In this document: positions 9,622 to 19,100 of the stretch, one piece after another
Numbering within the stretch: position 1 is the stretch's first letter
Layout of the letters: each line of letters starts with the position of its first letter
DNA from: an uncultured bacterium
GTDB taxonomy: Bacteria; Chloroflexota; UBA5177; JANWHV01
DNA length: 64,000 nt
NCBI GenBank assembly: GCA_963827235.1
Contig: CAWHAE010000016.1
Coordinates: 1,156,002 to 1,220,001 of the forward strand
Direction: 5' to 3'
The notes under the pieces: generated by a model
What the model saw: only the letters and a program-made list of their open reading frames with translations
What the model was told of the DNA's origin: nothing
Database searches by the model: none
Translations under genes and position numbers: made by a program

Positions 9622-10182
9622 TCATGGCCTGCTGCGATAGCGGAGGTGCACGACGCCGCACCCACACCGGTGTTCGTCGAGCAGCTCGAGCGGCAGGTGC
9701 ACTTGCCTGGGCAAGGCGGGGAGGCCGCCTCCGACCACGACTGGCGTGAGGAACAGGTGATACTCGTCGACCAGCCCGGCACTGATGGCCTGGGCGGCCA
9801 GGGTCGCGCCGCCGATGCTGATATCGCGCTGCAGGCTGCCTTTCAGCTGCCGCACCGCCGCGATGTCGAAGTCTCGCTCAATCCGTGTCCTAGCGCTGGA
9901 GACCGCCTGCAACGTCCCGGAGTACACGACCGTGTCGGCCGCCTGCCAGATGGCGGCAAACTCCTGCAGGACAAGCGGCTGGTCGGCGACGAAGCGCGGG
10001 TCCTCCCAGACGACCATCGTCTCATACATCTTGCGCCCCAAGAGGTGCGTGCCGATCGGCCGCTCGAGCTCATTGATCAACGCGATTACCTCCTCGTCCG
10101 GCATCGTCCAGTCGATGCTGCCCTGCTCGTCCGCGACGTAGCCGTCGAGGGACGTGTTCGCAGCGTAGATCAGCTTGGCCAT
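9622..10182 (-). CDS. Dihydrofolate reductase-like (RibD-C) protein, type A
   Basis: MAKLIYAANTSLDGYV, LLGRKMYETM; paralog of 2048-2608; AAGGAGG RBS. Confidence 0.9.
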   Translation of the reverse strand: MAKLIYAANTSLDGYVADEQGSIDWTMPDEEVIALINELERPIGTHLLGRKMYETMVVWEDPRFVADQPLVLQEFAAIWQAADTVVYSGTLQAVSSARTRIERDFDIAAVRQLKGSLQRDISIGGATLAAQAISAGLVDEYHLFLTPVVVGGGLPALPRQVHLPLELLDEHRCGCGVVHLRYRSRP

Positions 10183-10301
10183 ACAGGATCCTCCTTGTAC
10201 GCATGGTGCCTGCATCGCGCAATCTTCCCGCGGGTAGCCGCGTGGCATGGAGACCGCGAGCCTGGTTAGCGCGTGTCAGCAGATCCAGATTCGCACGCCT
10301 G

Positions 10302-10828
10302 GTGAGGAAGCCACGCGCTGCCGGGCGACCTCGGGAGACGCACGATGGGGAGCACGTCCCGAAAGACCTGCTCCCCATCGCGTACCTGTTTCCCCGATAC
10401 TCCTGCTGGTGCCGCGGACACCGCTACGGTCTGCCTGGCCGGACCCCGTCGAAAGGGGTCCCTTCCATTCCGCGCGACTCTCTCGAATCACGTGGTGCCG
10501 AGCTATAGCGTGCCCCGAGACTCTGTACCATCCCCCGCGTGCATGTGGGATTGGGCGACGGTGGGTTGCCTCGTGCGTCCCTGGTGCGTGGTCGTGGTCG
10601 ACACGACGAGCGGGTCTCCCATACTCCCCCGCCCGCCGGTATCTGGCGACGCTCCCGGTGATGGATTCCCTTCACCCGACCGGCGCTTGCACGCACGATC
10701 TGCAGTTGCGGGCCACCTCAGGGTAGCGGTGCGGATCTCTTTCCTCGTACACAGTTGCATCAGTTCATTCAGGTGGTACCAGCATAAGTCACGTTAGGAG
10801 CGGCATCCAGGATGTTATCCACCACGTT
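10302..10828 (-). ncRNA. Putative large structured RNA/leader element, copy 2 of 2
   Basis: Direct-repeat homolog of 1286-1811; substitutions in stems mostly retain pairing on the minus strand. Confidence 0.6.
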
Positions 10829-11031
10829 TGCGAGTTGCCATTCCGACTTTGGCGGCGCACCATGGGGGCGCAGGTGCCTGGGTGATGAGGAGCTGCCCCA
10901 TGCGAGCGACGCTTTTCGCGGTACACTCACCCGAGCAACGCCGCTGCCATTCTTTGTCATTGCAGCCGAGCGCCTAGCTCGAGGGACGGCGTGGCACCGG
11001 GGCCCTGTGGTGGGAGGGCAAATCTGGAAAG

Positions 11032-11664
11032 GTGCTCTCGATGCGGGCTCCTCGCCCGGGGACTGTCGGCCTGTGTGGAATCGCCGCGTTCGCCGGCCTG
11101 GTTGGCGTGGAGCATGTCCTGCGCCCCGACCATGATCCGTGCGGCCGCTATGTGAGCGAGTATGGCGTGGGTCCCTATCACCAGGTGATGACGACCGCGT
11201 TCTTCGCTCTCGGGATCAGCTCAACCGCCACGCTGGTGGATCTGTCGCGAACCGTTCCCGCCCCTGCCCGCTCGCGCGCCGGTCTCGTCTTCCTCGGCAT
11301 CTGGAGTGGGGCGATTCTCGTTGCCGGGCTCTTTCCCACGGACCTCTCGGGACCGAACGGCCGGCCGGAGCACCCAACGACGCCGGGAATCATCCGCGCG
11401 CTGGCCGGCGTTACCGGATTCCTCAGCGTGCCGCTCGCCGCGTGTCTGCTGGGCCGCGGGTTCCGGCGTGACCCCGCCTGGAAGCGCTTTGCCCAGCCCT
11501 CGCTCACACTGAGCGCGCTGCAGAGCGCCGCCGTAGTACTGTCCATCGCTAGTCCAGTGCGGTACATCGGCGTGAACGAGCGGGTCTTGATCGTGTGCGA
11601 CCTGGCGTGGCTAGCGTGGCTGAGTCAGGTTCTGCGGTGCGCGCAGTACCAAGTAAAGGAATAG
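11032..11664 (+). CDS. DUF998-family membrane protein
   Basis: HVLRPDHDPCGRYVSEYGVGPY, AGLFPTD, multiple hydrophobic helices, GVNERV. Confidence 0.8.
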   Translation: MLSMRAPRPGTVGLCGIAAFAGLVGVEHVLRPDHDPCGRYVSEYGVGPYHQVMTTAFFALGISSTATLVDLSRTVPAPARSRAGLVFLGIWSGAILVAGLFPTDLSGPNGRPEHPTTPGIIRALAGVTGFLSVPLAACLLGRGFRRDPAWKRFAQPSLTLSALQSAAVVLSIASPVRYIGVNERVLIVCDLAWLAWLSQVLRCAQYQVKE

Positions 11665-11666
11665 AC

Positions 11667-12065
11667 ATGAACACGCTAGTCCCAATGACAACAAAGGAGA
11701 TCTTCGAGCAGGCGCTGCCTGCCATTCTGAGCGGTGATCTTGCCGGCCTCCTTGGCTGTTGCGCCGAGGATGTGGTCTTCGAGTTTCGCGTCGCGCCGGC
11801 CGGCCGGCCACGCCGCCTGGAAGGCCGCGAGCAGGTCCGTGCATACCTGGACGCGGTCTATGCGCGCCTCTCGATCGAAGGCGTCATCAGTCTCGAAATC
11901 CACGAGACGACGGATCCGGCTGTCGTGATTGCCGAAATGACCCTCAAGATCACGTTGCGCGATGGTACGACCCGCGAAGCGGCCTACGTCGAGGTCGTGA
12001 CGGTGAGAGACGGTCGGATAGTGCACATCCGTGATTACTGGAGCCCACTCGCGCTCGCAAACTAG
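11667..12065 (+). CDS. SnoaL/NTF2-like protein
   Basis: CAEDVVFEF..GRPRRLEGREQVRAY...VVTVRDGRIVHIRDYWSP; AAGGA RBS. Confidence 0.85.
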   Translation: MNTLVPMTTKEIFEQALPAILSGDLAGLLGCCAEDVVFEFRVAPAGRPRRLEGREQVRAYLDAVYARLSIEGVISLEIHETTDPAVVIAEMTLKITLRDGTTREAAYVEVVTVRDGRIVHIRDYWSPLALAN

Positions 12066-12125
12066 AGGCAGGATAGCAACCAAACGTGTAATCCGGCATA
12101 GGGCCAGATACTCCACGAATCGGTG

Positions 12126-12299
12126 TCACGCCCCCGTGTTCTTGAGGACGAGCAGATAGAAGGCTCCAAACGCCCCGACAATGCAGATGTTCGCCAGCAG
12201 CCGTGCCCAGAACTGATGCCGCAAGAACAGGACATCGACACTCACGACAAGGGCGATCATCACCACAACGTACAGTACAATTGGCATCTGCTTTGGCAT
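12126..12299 (-). CDS. Small two-TM membrane protein (57 aa, absent from the ORF track)
   Basis: Hand translation MPKQMPIVLYVVVMIALVVSVDVLFLRHQFWARLLANICIVGAFGAFYLLVLKNTGA; AGGAGA RBS. Confidence 0.7.
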   Translation of the reverse strand: MPKQMPIVLYVVVMIALVVSVDVLFLRHQFWARLLANICIVGAFGAFYLLVLKNTGA

Positions 12300-12340
12300 G
12301 TCAATCTCCTGTCAAGTTACACCGCCCGCTGAACACAGGC

Positions 12341-12608
12341 TCAGGTTCTGGGAGATGCGGAGCGGGCGATGGTCAGCTCCCAGTAGCCGGCCGCGCCTGC
12401 CGGCGCCGCCCCCAGGAACAGCGCTGCCCACCCGTACGTCTTCCCGTTGGCGCCGCCGAACACGAGCGTCAGGACCACAGACAGCCAGGACGATACCAGC
12501 TGCAATGCGCGCGCTTGCAAAGGCACGGAGATGGCGGTACTCCCTCGGCGGGATCAACCGTCGCAAGTCGGCACGCAGGGGAATGGTATTTTCGTGCTGT
12601 GCGTCCAT
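12341..12608 (-). CDS. Small membrane protein, hypothetical (frameshift near 12480)
   Basis: MDAQHENTIPLRADLRRLIPPREYRHLRAFASARIAAGIVL joined to VLTLVFGGANGKTYGWAALFL...YWELTIARS; GGAGGAG RBS. Confidence 0.55.
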
Positions 12609-12806
12609 AGGATGTCTCCTCCGACCTGCGGTGTCCGGCCACCCGGCCGCCTCTCAAGACGGTAGCACGTTGAGAGGTGGGCCGTCAGGAGTGACTGTCG
12701 CGAGGATCCGGCTGGGCGGGTACGTGTGCTCACCGTGCTCACACGCGGCTGGCCTGGGCGCATCGCGCACCCGGCGTAGACCGTCTACTGACATAGCGGC
12801 AACGAC

Positions 12807-14382
12807 TGATTTAGGCAGGAGGAGGTTGCAGTATAGGGCAGGGTATGCCAAGCTGGACAGACCAGGAAGAGTGCCCCCGGATCCCTGGCGCAGTGCAAGG
12901 TGGACGCCATGGCACGCACGTACTTTCCCCTCACCACGGCCTCCCAGCGGCGGCTATGTTTGAGACCTGGCAGACGACGGGCGACGTAGCGCAGGCTTGT
13001 CGGGTGGCCCACGTCGGCCAGCGTACCTTCTAGTATTGGAAGCCCCGCTTCGTGGCCGGGGGCTACCCGACCCTGGAGCGGTGTGGCAGTCATGTGCCCC
13101 ATCACCCGCACCAGACGGCCCCGGCCGTGGCGGAGCGGGTGATTGCCCTCAAGCAGGCGCAGCCCGGCTGGGGTAAACGGCGGCTGGCTGAGGAACTGGC
13201 CAAAGCGCAGGGGTGGGTACCCCTGGTCAGCCCGAATACGGTCCAGCGCATCTTGCGGGACGCTGGCCTGTGGCCGGAAGCGGCGCCGCCGGGAAAACGG
13301 GCGGGCCGAGCGGCGAGAGCCGCAGCGCCGACGAGCCCGGCCAAACCCTGAACGTCGACCTGTGCTTCGTGCCCGCCGTGCACCAGGTGGCGCAGCACCT
13401 GCCGGCGGTGAGCGGGTCGTCGGGGCATCTGGTGGTCTACGGGCCACGCCCACAGACGGACGATGCGGTGCGGGTCTGGCCAGGCCAGGTGTTCGCCGAC
13501 CCTGCGCTGGACGATGCGGCAGCGATGCGGGAGTTCGTGTGGCGGTCGGCGCCGCCCACACCGCGGCGCGCCGCCGGGCACGGGCGCCAGGAGACGGCGG
13601 AACAGGCGGCGGCCCGGCTGCTGCGGGAGCAACGCAAGCGCGTGAATGGGCAGCGGGCCCAGGTGCTCGCCCAGCGCAAACAGGAGGATGCCGCTTGGCG
13701 CGCAGTCTGCCGCGAGCGGCAAACACGGCTCCGCCCTGCGCGCTGGACCCCGCGCCAGCCAGCCGCCTACCTGGCGGCGGAGGACTACTTCCTCGTGCTG
13801 CAGGACCAGCGGCAGGCCACGCTCACCCGACGGGAACAGGAGGATGCCGCCAAGCACGCTGCGCTGGTGCGCCTCGCCCCGCCGCCCGCGCCGCCGGTCA
13901 CCAAGCCGCCCTGGATCGCCATCCTGGTGGTCACGGATAACTGCACCCGGCAGTGTTTGGGCCTGCCCCTGTTCGTCGCCGGCCCCCAAGGTCACCGCCG
14001 AGGTGGTCGTCGCCGCCCTCCGTGAACTCTTGCCCGCCCAGCTCCAGTTCCTGATCTCCGACCGCGGCTGCCACTGCACCGCCCAGCAGTTCGCACAGTT
14101 CGCCGACGAGGAGGACTTCGTGCATGTCCTGATCGCGCGCCATCGTCCTGCGAGCAACGGGATAGCGGAAAGAGTTGTGCGCACCGTCAAAACCTGGCTC
14201 GCTGAGCACGCCTGGAGCAGCACCGAGACCCTGGAGACCCTGCTCGAGCAGTGCCGGCTGGCCTATAATGACCGGCCGCACCAAGGCCTGGCACTTCCCG
14301 GCCTCTCCCCCAACGAGTTCGCCAGCCGCTTCTGGCTGCTCTAGGTTCGACGTCCAAGTGCAACATCTGTCTGCCTAAATCA
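12807..14382 (+). mobile_element. IS481-like insertion sequence (HTH + DDE integrase core), degenerate
   Basis: 24-bp imperfect TIRs TGATTTAGGCAG-N6-GTTGCA at 12807-12830 and 14359-14382; transposase pieces PGWGKRRLAEEL, FLISDRG, SNGIAERVVRTVK, YNDRPHQGL, with stops and frameshifts. Confidence 0.75.
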
Positions 14383-14907
14383 TGGGCTTGCGACTTCCTA
14401 CCGGCTACCGACCTCCTCTTCCGCTCGATCCACGCCTTCTTCGTGATCGAATTGGCCACTCGCCGGATCGTGCATGTCGGCGTCACCCGCCACCCTACCG
14501 ATGTCTGGGTCACCCAGCAACTGCGTGAAGCTACCCCCTTCGGTCGGCACCCCAAACACCTGATTCGCGACAATGACACCGAGTTTGGATCGGCCTTCCG
14601 GGCTTTAGCCGCCACCGGCATCGAAGACGTCCGCACAGCCATCCGGGCACCGAGGGAAAACGCCTGCTGTGAGCGCTTGATGGGAAGTGTCCGTCGCGAG
14701 TGCCTGGACCACCTGCTCATCGTACATGAGAAGCACCTGCTCCGGGCGTTGCGCGAGTACGCGCAGTACTACAATTCCTCTCGGCCGCACCAGGGGCTGC
14801 ACCAACGCTTCCCCGATCCGCCGGTCTCGTCCGGCAGCCCGACAGGCACAGTCTGCGCTATGCCGGTCCTCGGCGGGCTTCACCATTCGTACGCTCGGGC
14901 AGCCTAA
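14383..14907 (+). pseudogene. 5'-truncated integrase-core (rve) transposase
   Basis: Frame starts WACDFL immediately after the TIR; LIRDND, RENACCERLMGSVRRECLDH, YYNSSRPHQGL. Confidence 0.75.
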
Positions 14908-14994
14908 CGGCGCGTGGATACCCTTTCCAGCCAGGACAGGCGGGATCATTGCACTTGCATCGGAGGTGCAAGCATCCACGGCAATGCAGCCAGA

Positions 14995-15290
14995 AGGTCA
15001 CAGCAAGGTGCTCATCATAGGCCAGAATGACGTTTTACCCGCCGCCAATCCCACGCTGTCGAGCGACCTTCGGCGGCTACCCTGTGTGTTGCACTCCATG
15101 TGGCATGTTCTGCCTGCGGAGCCGCTCAACCTGAGCCCGGTCTTGGGCGTTGGCGGGGCTGGCATGCAGGACCAGCAGGTGGCACAGCGTGTCCATCGCG
15201 TCGTGGATCTTCGGACCGACGGACCGCTTGGCTCCGTAGTAGACGGCACGTGCACCACTCTCGGGCGTCGAATGCAGAGTGCGCGAGTTG
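14995..15290 (-). pseudogene. IS5-family transposase fragment
   Basis: [41 protein letters not shown] matches the IS5 YDGAK..G.K.H..VDTLG.LL...V..AN.QDR motif. Confidence 0.6.
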
Positions 15291-15493
15291 GCAGCACCGC
15301 GGGACCACATAGCGATGCGAACCCCGTGCAGCCTCTGACTACCGCCGGTGACCATATTGCCTCTGGACTTACTGGCAGTTGCGCCTCACAGGACACTCAG
15401 CCCCGCAATCAGTGATGCACGGAGGCCGGGCAGTGGTCACCATCGGTATAGCATGTGCAGCCCAAGCCGGACTGTCCCGCGTGGGTGCCGGCA

Positions 15494-16348
15494 CTACCTC
15501 GCCGGGGGACTGCCTGCCGCAAGCGCGCTGGGCATCTCCCGTGGCATGCTCGGGCGCTGCGTGCACCATCGGTGGTAGAACGTTGTGTAGTGCACGATGT
15601 CGATCCCGCGCTCTTTGGCCGCATGCAGCAGCGCTTCAGTCATGTGCATGCTCGGATCCTCGCGAACGCTGCTCCAGTCGTGCTGCCCATATGACCAAAC
15701 AAGGTCGCGACGCGCGATCTCGTCCAGGTTAGGCTCGACCGCCTGCAGGTAGCCATCCAGATTGGCCCAGCCGAGGCTTTCGCGCAAAAGACAATCCTGC
15801 CAGCCTTGGTCCGGCATTTCCAGAAGATCCGGGAAACCTTGCGCCTCATACCCGAATGGCTGGACCTCGAAGGGCACCGGCTGCCAATCGTGGGCATCCC
15901 GCGCGTAGGTACGTGCATAGCGGATCCCGCAATCCCACAGGATCTCCAGGATGTCGGGCCGGTCGGAGAGTCCGCGATAGTAGCCCCATGGGCCAGTAAG
16001 ACCGATACACGCCAGGCCGAGCATCTCCTGCAAGAGGGCGCTGGCCTTTGCGACCTCCTCGCGAATCTCCGCTAGCGTGCCACCAGGGAACAGCTGTATG
16101 CCATCGTCGCTTTCCTGGCAAACGGTCTTAAGCCGCACATGCGAATACGTATGCTGCTGGATGTCGAAGAGCGGGTGGCCCGCGATGTTGCGGAACGCCT
16201 CGGGACTACGCTCCAAGGTCTGGCCCACGACGAACAAGGTTGCCGGGGCTTGTAGCTTCTCGTGTACCGTAACAGCTCGCTTCAGGAACGCGCGAGTGAT
16301 CAGAGGGTCAGGATCTTCGACATCATAACCGATGAGGAACGTTGCCAT
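15494..16348 (-). CDS. Polysaccharide deacetylase (CE4/NodB-like) family protein
   Basis: FLIGYDVE, ATLFVVG, DIQQHTYSH metal motif. Confidence 0.8.
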   Translation of the reverse strand: MATFLIGYDVEDPDPLITRAFLKRAVTVHEKLQAPATLFVVGQTLERSPEAFRNIAGHPLFDIQQHTYSHVRLKTVCQESDDGIQLFPGGTLAEIREEVAKASALLQEMLGLACIGLTGPWGYYRGLSDRPDILEILWDCGIRYARTYARDAHDWQPVPFEVQPFGYEAQGFPDLLEMPDQGWQDCLLRESLGWANLDGYLQAVEPNLDEIARRDLVWSYGQHDWSSVREDPSMHMTEALLHAAKERGIDIVHYTTFYHRWCTQRPSMPREMPSALAAGSPPAR

Positions 16349-16474
16349 TACGTCTGCCGCTCCCTTGCTACTGGTGCCAGGCCTGCAATGCACGTGCCGG
16401 CATCACATGGTCGGCAGTCGACGTGCCGGGTACCTGGATACTGCAGAGCCACGAAATCCGCCAGTCCACCACCA

Positions 16475-17590
16475 TTACGACGCCGCTCCAGGATCTCGGG
16501 GGGCGCCGCGCGGGGCACCGATTGAGCCCCCGTCGTGGAACCGCATCGGCAGTATCACGCGGCGCGGCGGTTGGCCCGCCATCAGCTCCAGAAGTAGCTG
16601 CACTGCTGTCGTCCCCATTTCGAAGGCTGGCTGCCGTCCGCATGTGAACTGTGGTGGCGCGTACGGGAACGGATTCACTGGGTCGACGCTGCAGACCGAA
16701 AGATCGTCGGGTATACGCCATCCCAGCCGTTGGGCGGCGTTCCACGCAAGCAGTGCCAGCGCCGTATTGGTTGCGAACACCGCGGTAATCTCCGGATGCT
16801 CCAGGACGTAGCTGGCAAAGCGCGCAACCTGAACGTCTGTCACGCCGTCGTCGGCCCCCAGGTCAAGCTGCTGTTCAGTGTAGATGAGGGAGCGGGCTTG
16901 AGGGATGCCCGCGTCGGCGAGTGCATGCAGGTAACCCTCGACCCGGTCCTCGATCGTCGACGTGTCCTGGGGTGGATAGATCATCGCGCAGATGTGCTTG
17001 TGGCCTGCGGCGACCAGCTTGGCCACGAGTTCGCGTGCTCCAGCCACATTGTCGCTCTGGACCGACGCGCACTGGATGCCCCGCAGGTACCGATCGACGA
17101 GCACGAACGGATAGGCGTCTAGCGAAAGCCGCAGCACCTCCGCGTTGTAGGCCTCGCCATCCTGCAAGCAGAGCGCGATGCCCGCCGCCTGCGCTGCACG
17201 CGCATCGCGTACGGCCCGCTCCTCGTCTTCACGCGCGGCGCCCGATAGGTAGAACAACAGGTTATAGCCCGACTCTCGGCCAGCCTGCTCTATACCGCGC
17301 AGCAATTCATGGTCGAAAGGATAGTCGATGTCCGGCTGAATCCAGGCCAGACACCCCCGTCGGCCGGCCTCCTTCGGACGCACACCTTCCAGGACGACTG
17401 TGCCGCGCCGCGGGGCTCGTTTCACCAAGCCCTCTCGTGCGAGCGAGGACAGCGCGGTCGCTGCGGTGCCACGGCTCACCGCATGGGTGGCGGCGAGCTC
17501 CACCTCCGTCGGCAGCTTGTCGCCCGGCTTGAAGACACCGGACATAATCTGAGCCCGCAGCAGATCGTGGATACGTCGATAATGCCCCAT
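16475..17590 (-). CDS. GntR-HTH + LacI-type sugar-binding regulator (AraR-like)
   Basis: FKPGDKLPTEVELAATHAVSRGTA..L..LAREGLV; PFVLVDRY, RIPDDLSVCSVD. Confidence 0.9.
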   Translation of the reverse strand: MGHYRRIHDLLRAQIMSGVFKPGDKLPTEVELAATHAVSRGTAATALSSLAREGLVKRAPRRGTVVLEGVRPKEAGRRGCLAWIQPDIDYPFDHELLRGIEQAGRESGYNLLFYLSGAAREDEERAVRDARAAQAAGIALCLQDGEAYNAEVLRLSLDAYPFVLVDRYLRGIQCASVQSDNVAGARELVAKLVAAGHKHICAMIYPPQDTSTIEDRVEGYLHALADAGIPQARSLIYTEQQLDLGADDGVTDVQVARFASYVLEHPEITAVFATNTALALLAWNAAQRLGWRIPDDLSVCSVDPVNPFPYAPPQFTCGRQPAFEMGTTAVQLLLELMAGQPPRRVILPMRFHDGGSIGAPRGAPRDPGAAS

Positions 17591-17921
17591 GCGCACCCTG
17601 GGCTGCACTGTTGCAGCAATGAACACACGCGTCGTCAGACACACCAAGCGTAACTCAAACGCTCTCGTGTAGCAATAGATCTTTCAATATAGCTAATCCT
17701 GATCGCTTCTCTCTCTCAGGACACATGGTCGGCCGAAGGTCGTCGCCAGGGCCTCGGCTACGCGGGCGTGCCCAGCTGTCATGCCCGTGGGAGTACAAGC
17801 GTGCTGGGCCTGGATCCTCCGGAAAAGCACGCCTGGCATTCACAACTCCAGGCTTGATTGACGCGACGACTTGAAGGCCGTTTGGCCGACACCTCTGTAT
17901 TGCAGAGCCCGGAGATCATAT

Positions 17922-17937
17922 GCTATTATGTCATAGC
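17922..17937. promoter_or_regulatory. Candidate operator palindrome GCTAT-N6-ATAGC upstream of the ABC operon
   Basis: AT-rich inverted repeat in the GntR/ABC divergent region. Confidence 0.3.
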
Positions 17938-18067
17938 TATCCGTCAGGGCCGGAGAGCCGTCAACGATCATCCATCGTGGAATTAACTCCACAGAGCGCT
18001 GCAGGTTGGGGTCCGCGGGCCGGCAGACACGCAGCGCAATGTGTGTAGCGCGCGGGGGTCAGGCTGA

Positions 18068-18994
18068 ATGCTGGCAGGCGACGAGACTGCGACGGCCAAC
18101 CCAGAAGTGGACACGACGGCGTCGTTCACGGAATACCACCAATTGGTAGCTGTGTTCAGACGGGTTGCCCGCAGCAAGCTGGCTCTCATGGGCATGCTTG
18201 TCGCCGTGGCGCTGGTCGTGGTCGCCGTGGCCGCACCGCTGGTCGCTCCACACGATCCCAACGAGCAGTTTGATTCCGGCCTCAGCCTTTACGGGGCGCC
18301 GCTGCCACCTGGCCGCCACTTCCTGCTGGGCACGGATAGCCTTGGTCGGGATGTCGAGAGTCGCCTGATCTTCGGAGCGCGTATCTCTCTGCTTATAGGT
18401 ATCGTGGCCAACGGGCTGGCTATAGCGATCGGCGTCACGCTGGGTGCCCTGGCTGGATACTTCGGCGGTCTGGTCGAGACGGCCATCATGCGGCTCACCG
18501 ACATCATGATGGCGTTCCCGCTGATATTGCTCCTGATCGCCCTGGCGGTCATCCTGCAGCCGAGTGTCGGCGTGATTATTGTGGTCATCGCCATCGGTGG
18601 CTGGGCAGGCACGGCTCGACTGATCCGCGGCGAGATAATCTCGCTCAAAGAGCGAGAGTTCATCATGGCCGCGCGCGCAGTCGGCGTCTCCGATATGGGA
18701 ATTCTGCTGCGTCACATGCTGCCGCACATAATCCCGACGATAATCGTGTGGCTCATGCTGGGTATCGCGCCGGCAATCATGACCGAAAGTGTGCTGAGCT
18801 TCCTTGGCGTAGGCGTACAGCCGCCGACGGCAAGTTGGGGCAATATGATCAGCGATGGCCAAGCCTATTTCCGTATCGCGCCATGGCTCGTGGTCTATCC
18901 AGGCCTGGCCATAGTAGTGACGGTCGTCAGTCTGAATCTGGTCGGGGATGCCCTGCGTGATGCGTTGTATGCGGGAAGCGGCAGGCGTGGGTGA
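18068..18994 (+). CDS. ABC transporter permease (DppC/OppC type)
   Basis: LLGTDSLGRDVESRLIFGARISL, EREFIMAARAVG, LSFLGVGVQPPTASWG. Confidence 0.95.
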   Translation: MLAGDETATANPEVDTTASFTEYHQLVAVFRRVARSKLALMGMLVAVALVVVAVAAPLVAPHDPNEQFDSGLSLYGAPLPPGRHFLLGTDSLGRDVESRLIFGARISLLIGIVANGLAIAIGVTLGALAGYFGGLVETAIMRLTDIMMAFPLILLLIALAVILQPSVGVIIVVIAIGGWAGTARLIRGEIISLKEREFIMAARAVGVSDMGILLRHMLPHIIPTIIVWLMLGIAPAIMTESVLSFLGVGVQPPTASWGNMISDGQAYFRIAPWLVVYPGLAIVVTVVSLNLVGDALRDALYAGSGRRG

Positions 18995-19100
18995 GGGGGT
19001 GGTCTGCACACAGAGACAAAAGTAGCGGTGCCGGTGCCTGTTCGCGGTGACAAGCCCAAGGTGCAAACGCAATGCGTACACAACATGTAGTAGAGAAGTG

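Noticed and set aside
225-12608. Classical integron cassette array
   Set aside because: No IntI-type integrase nearby, no recurring attC (RYYYAAC...GTTRRRY) sites recognised, and genes lie on both strands
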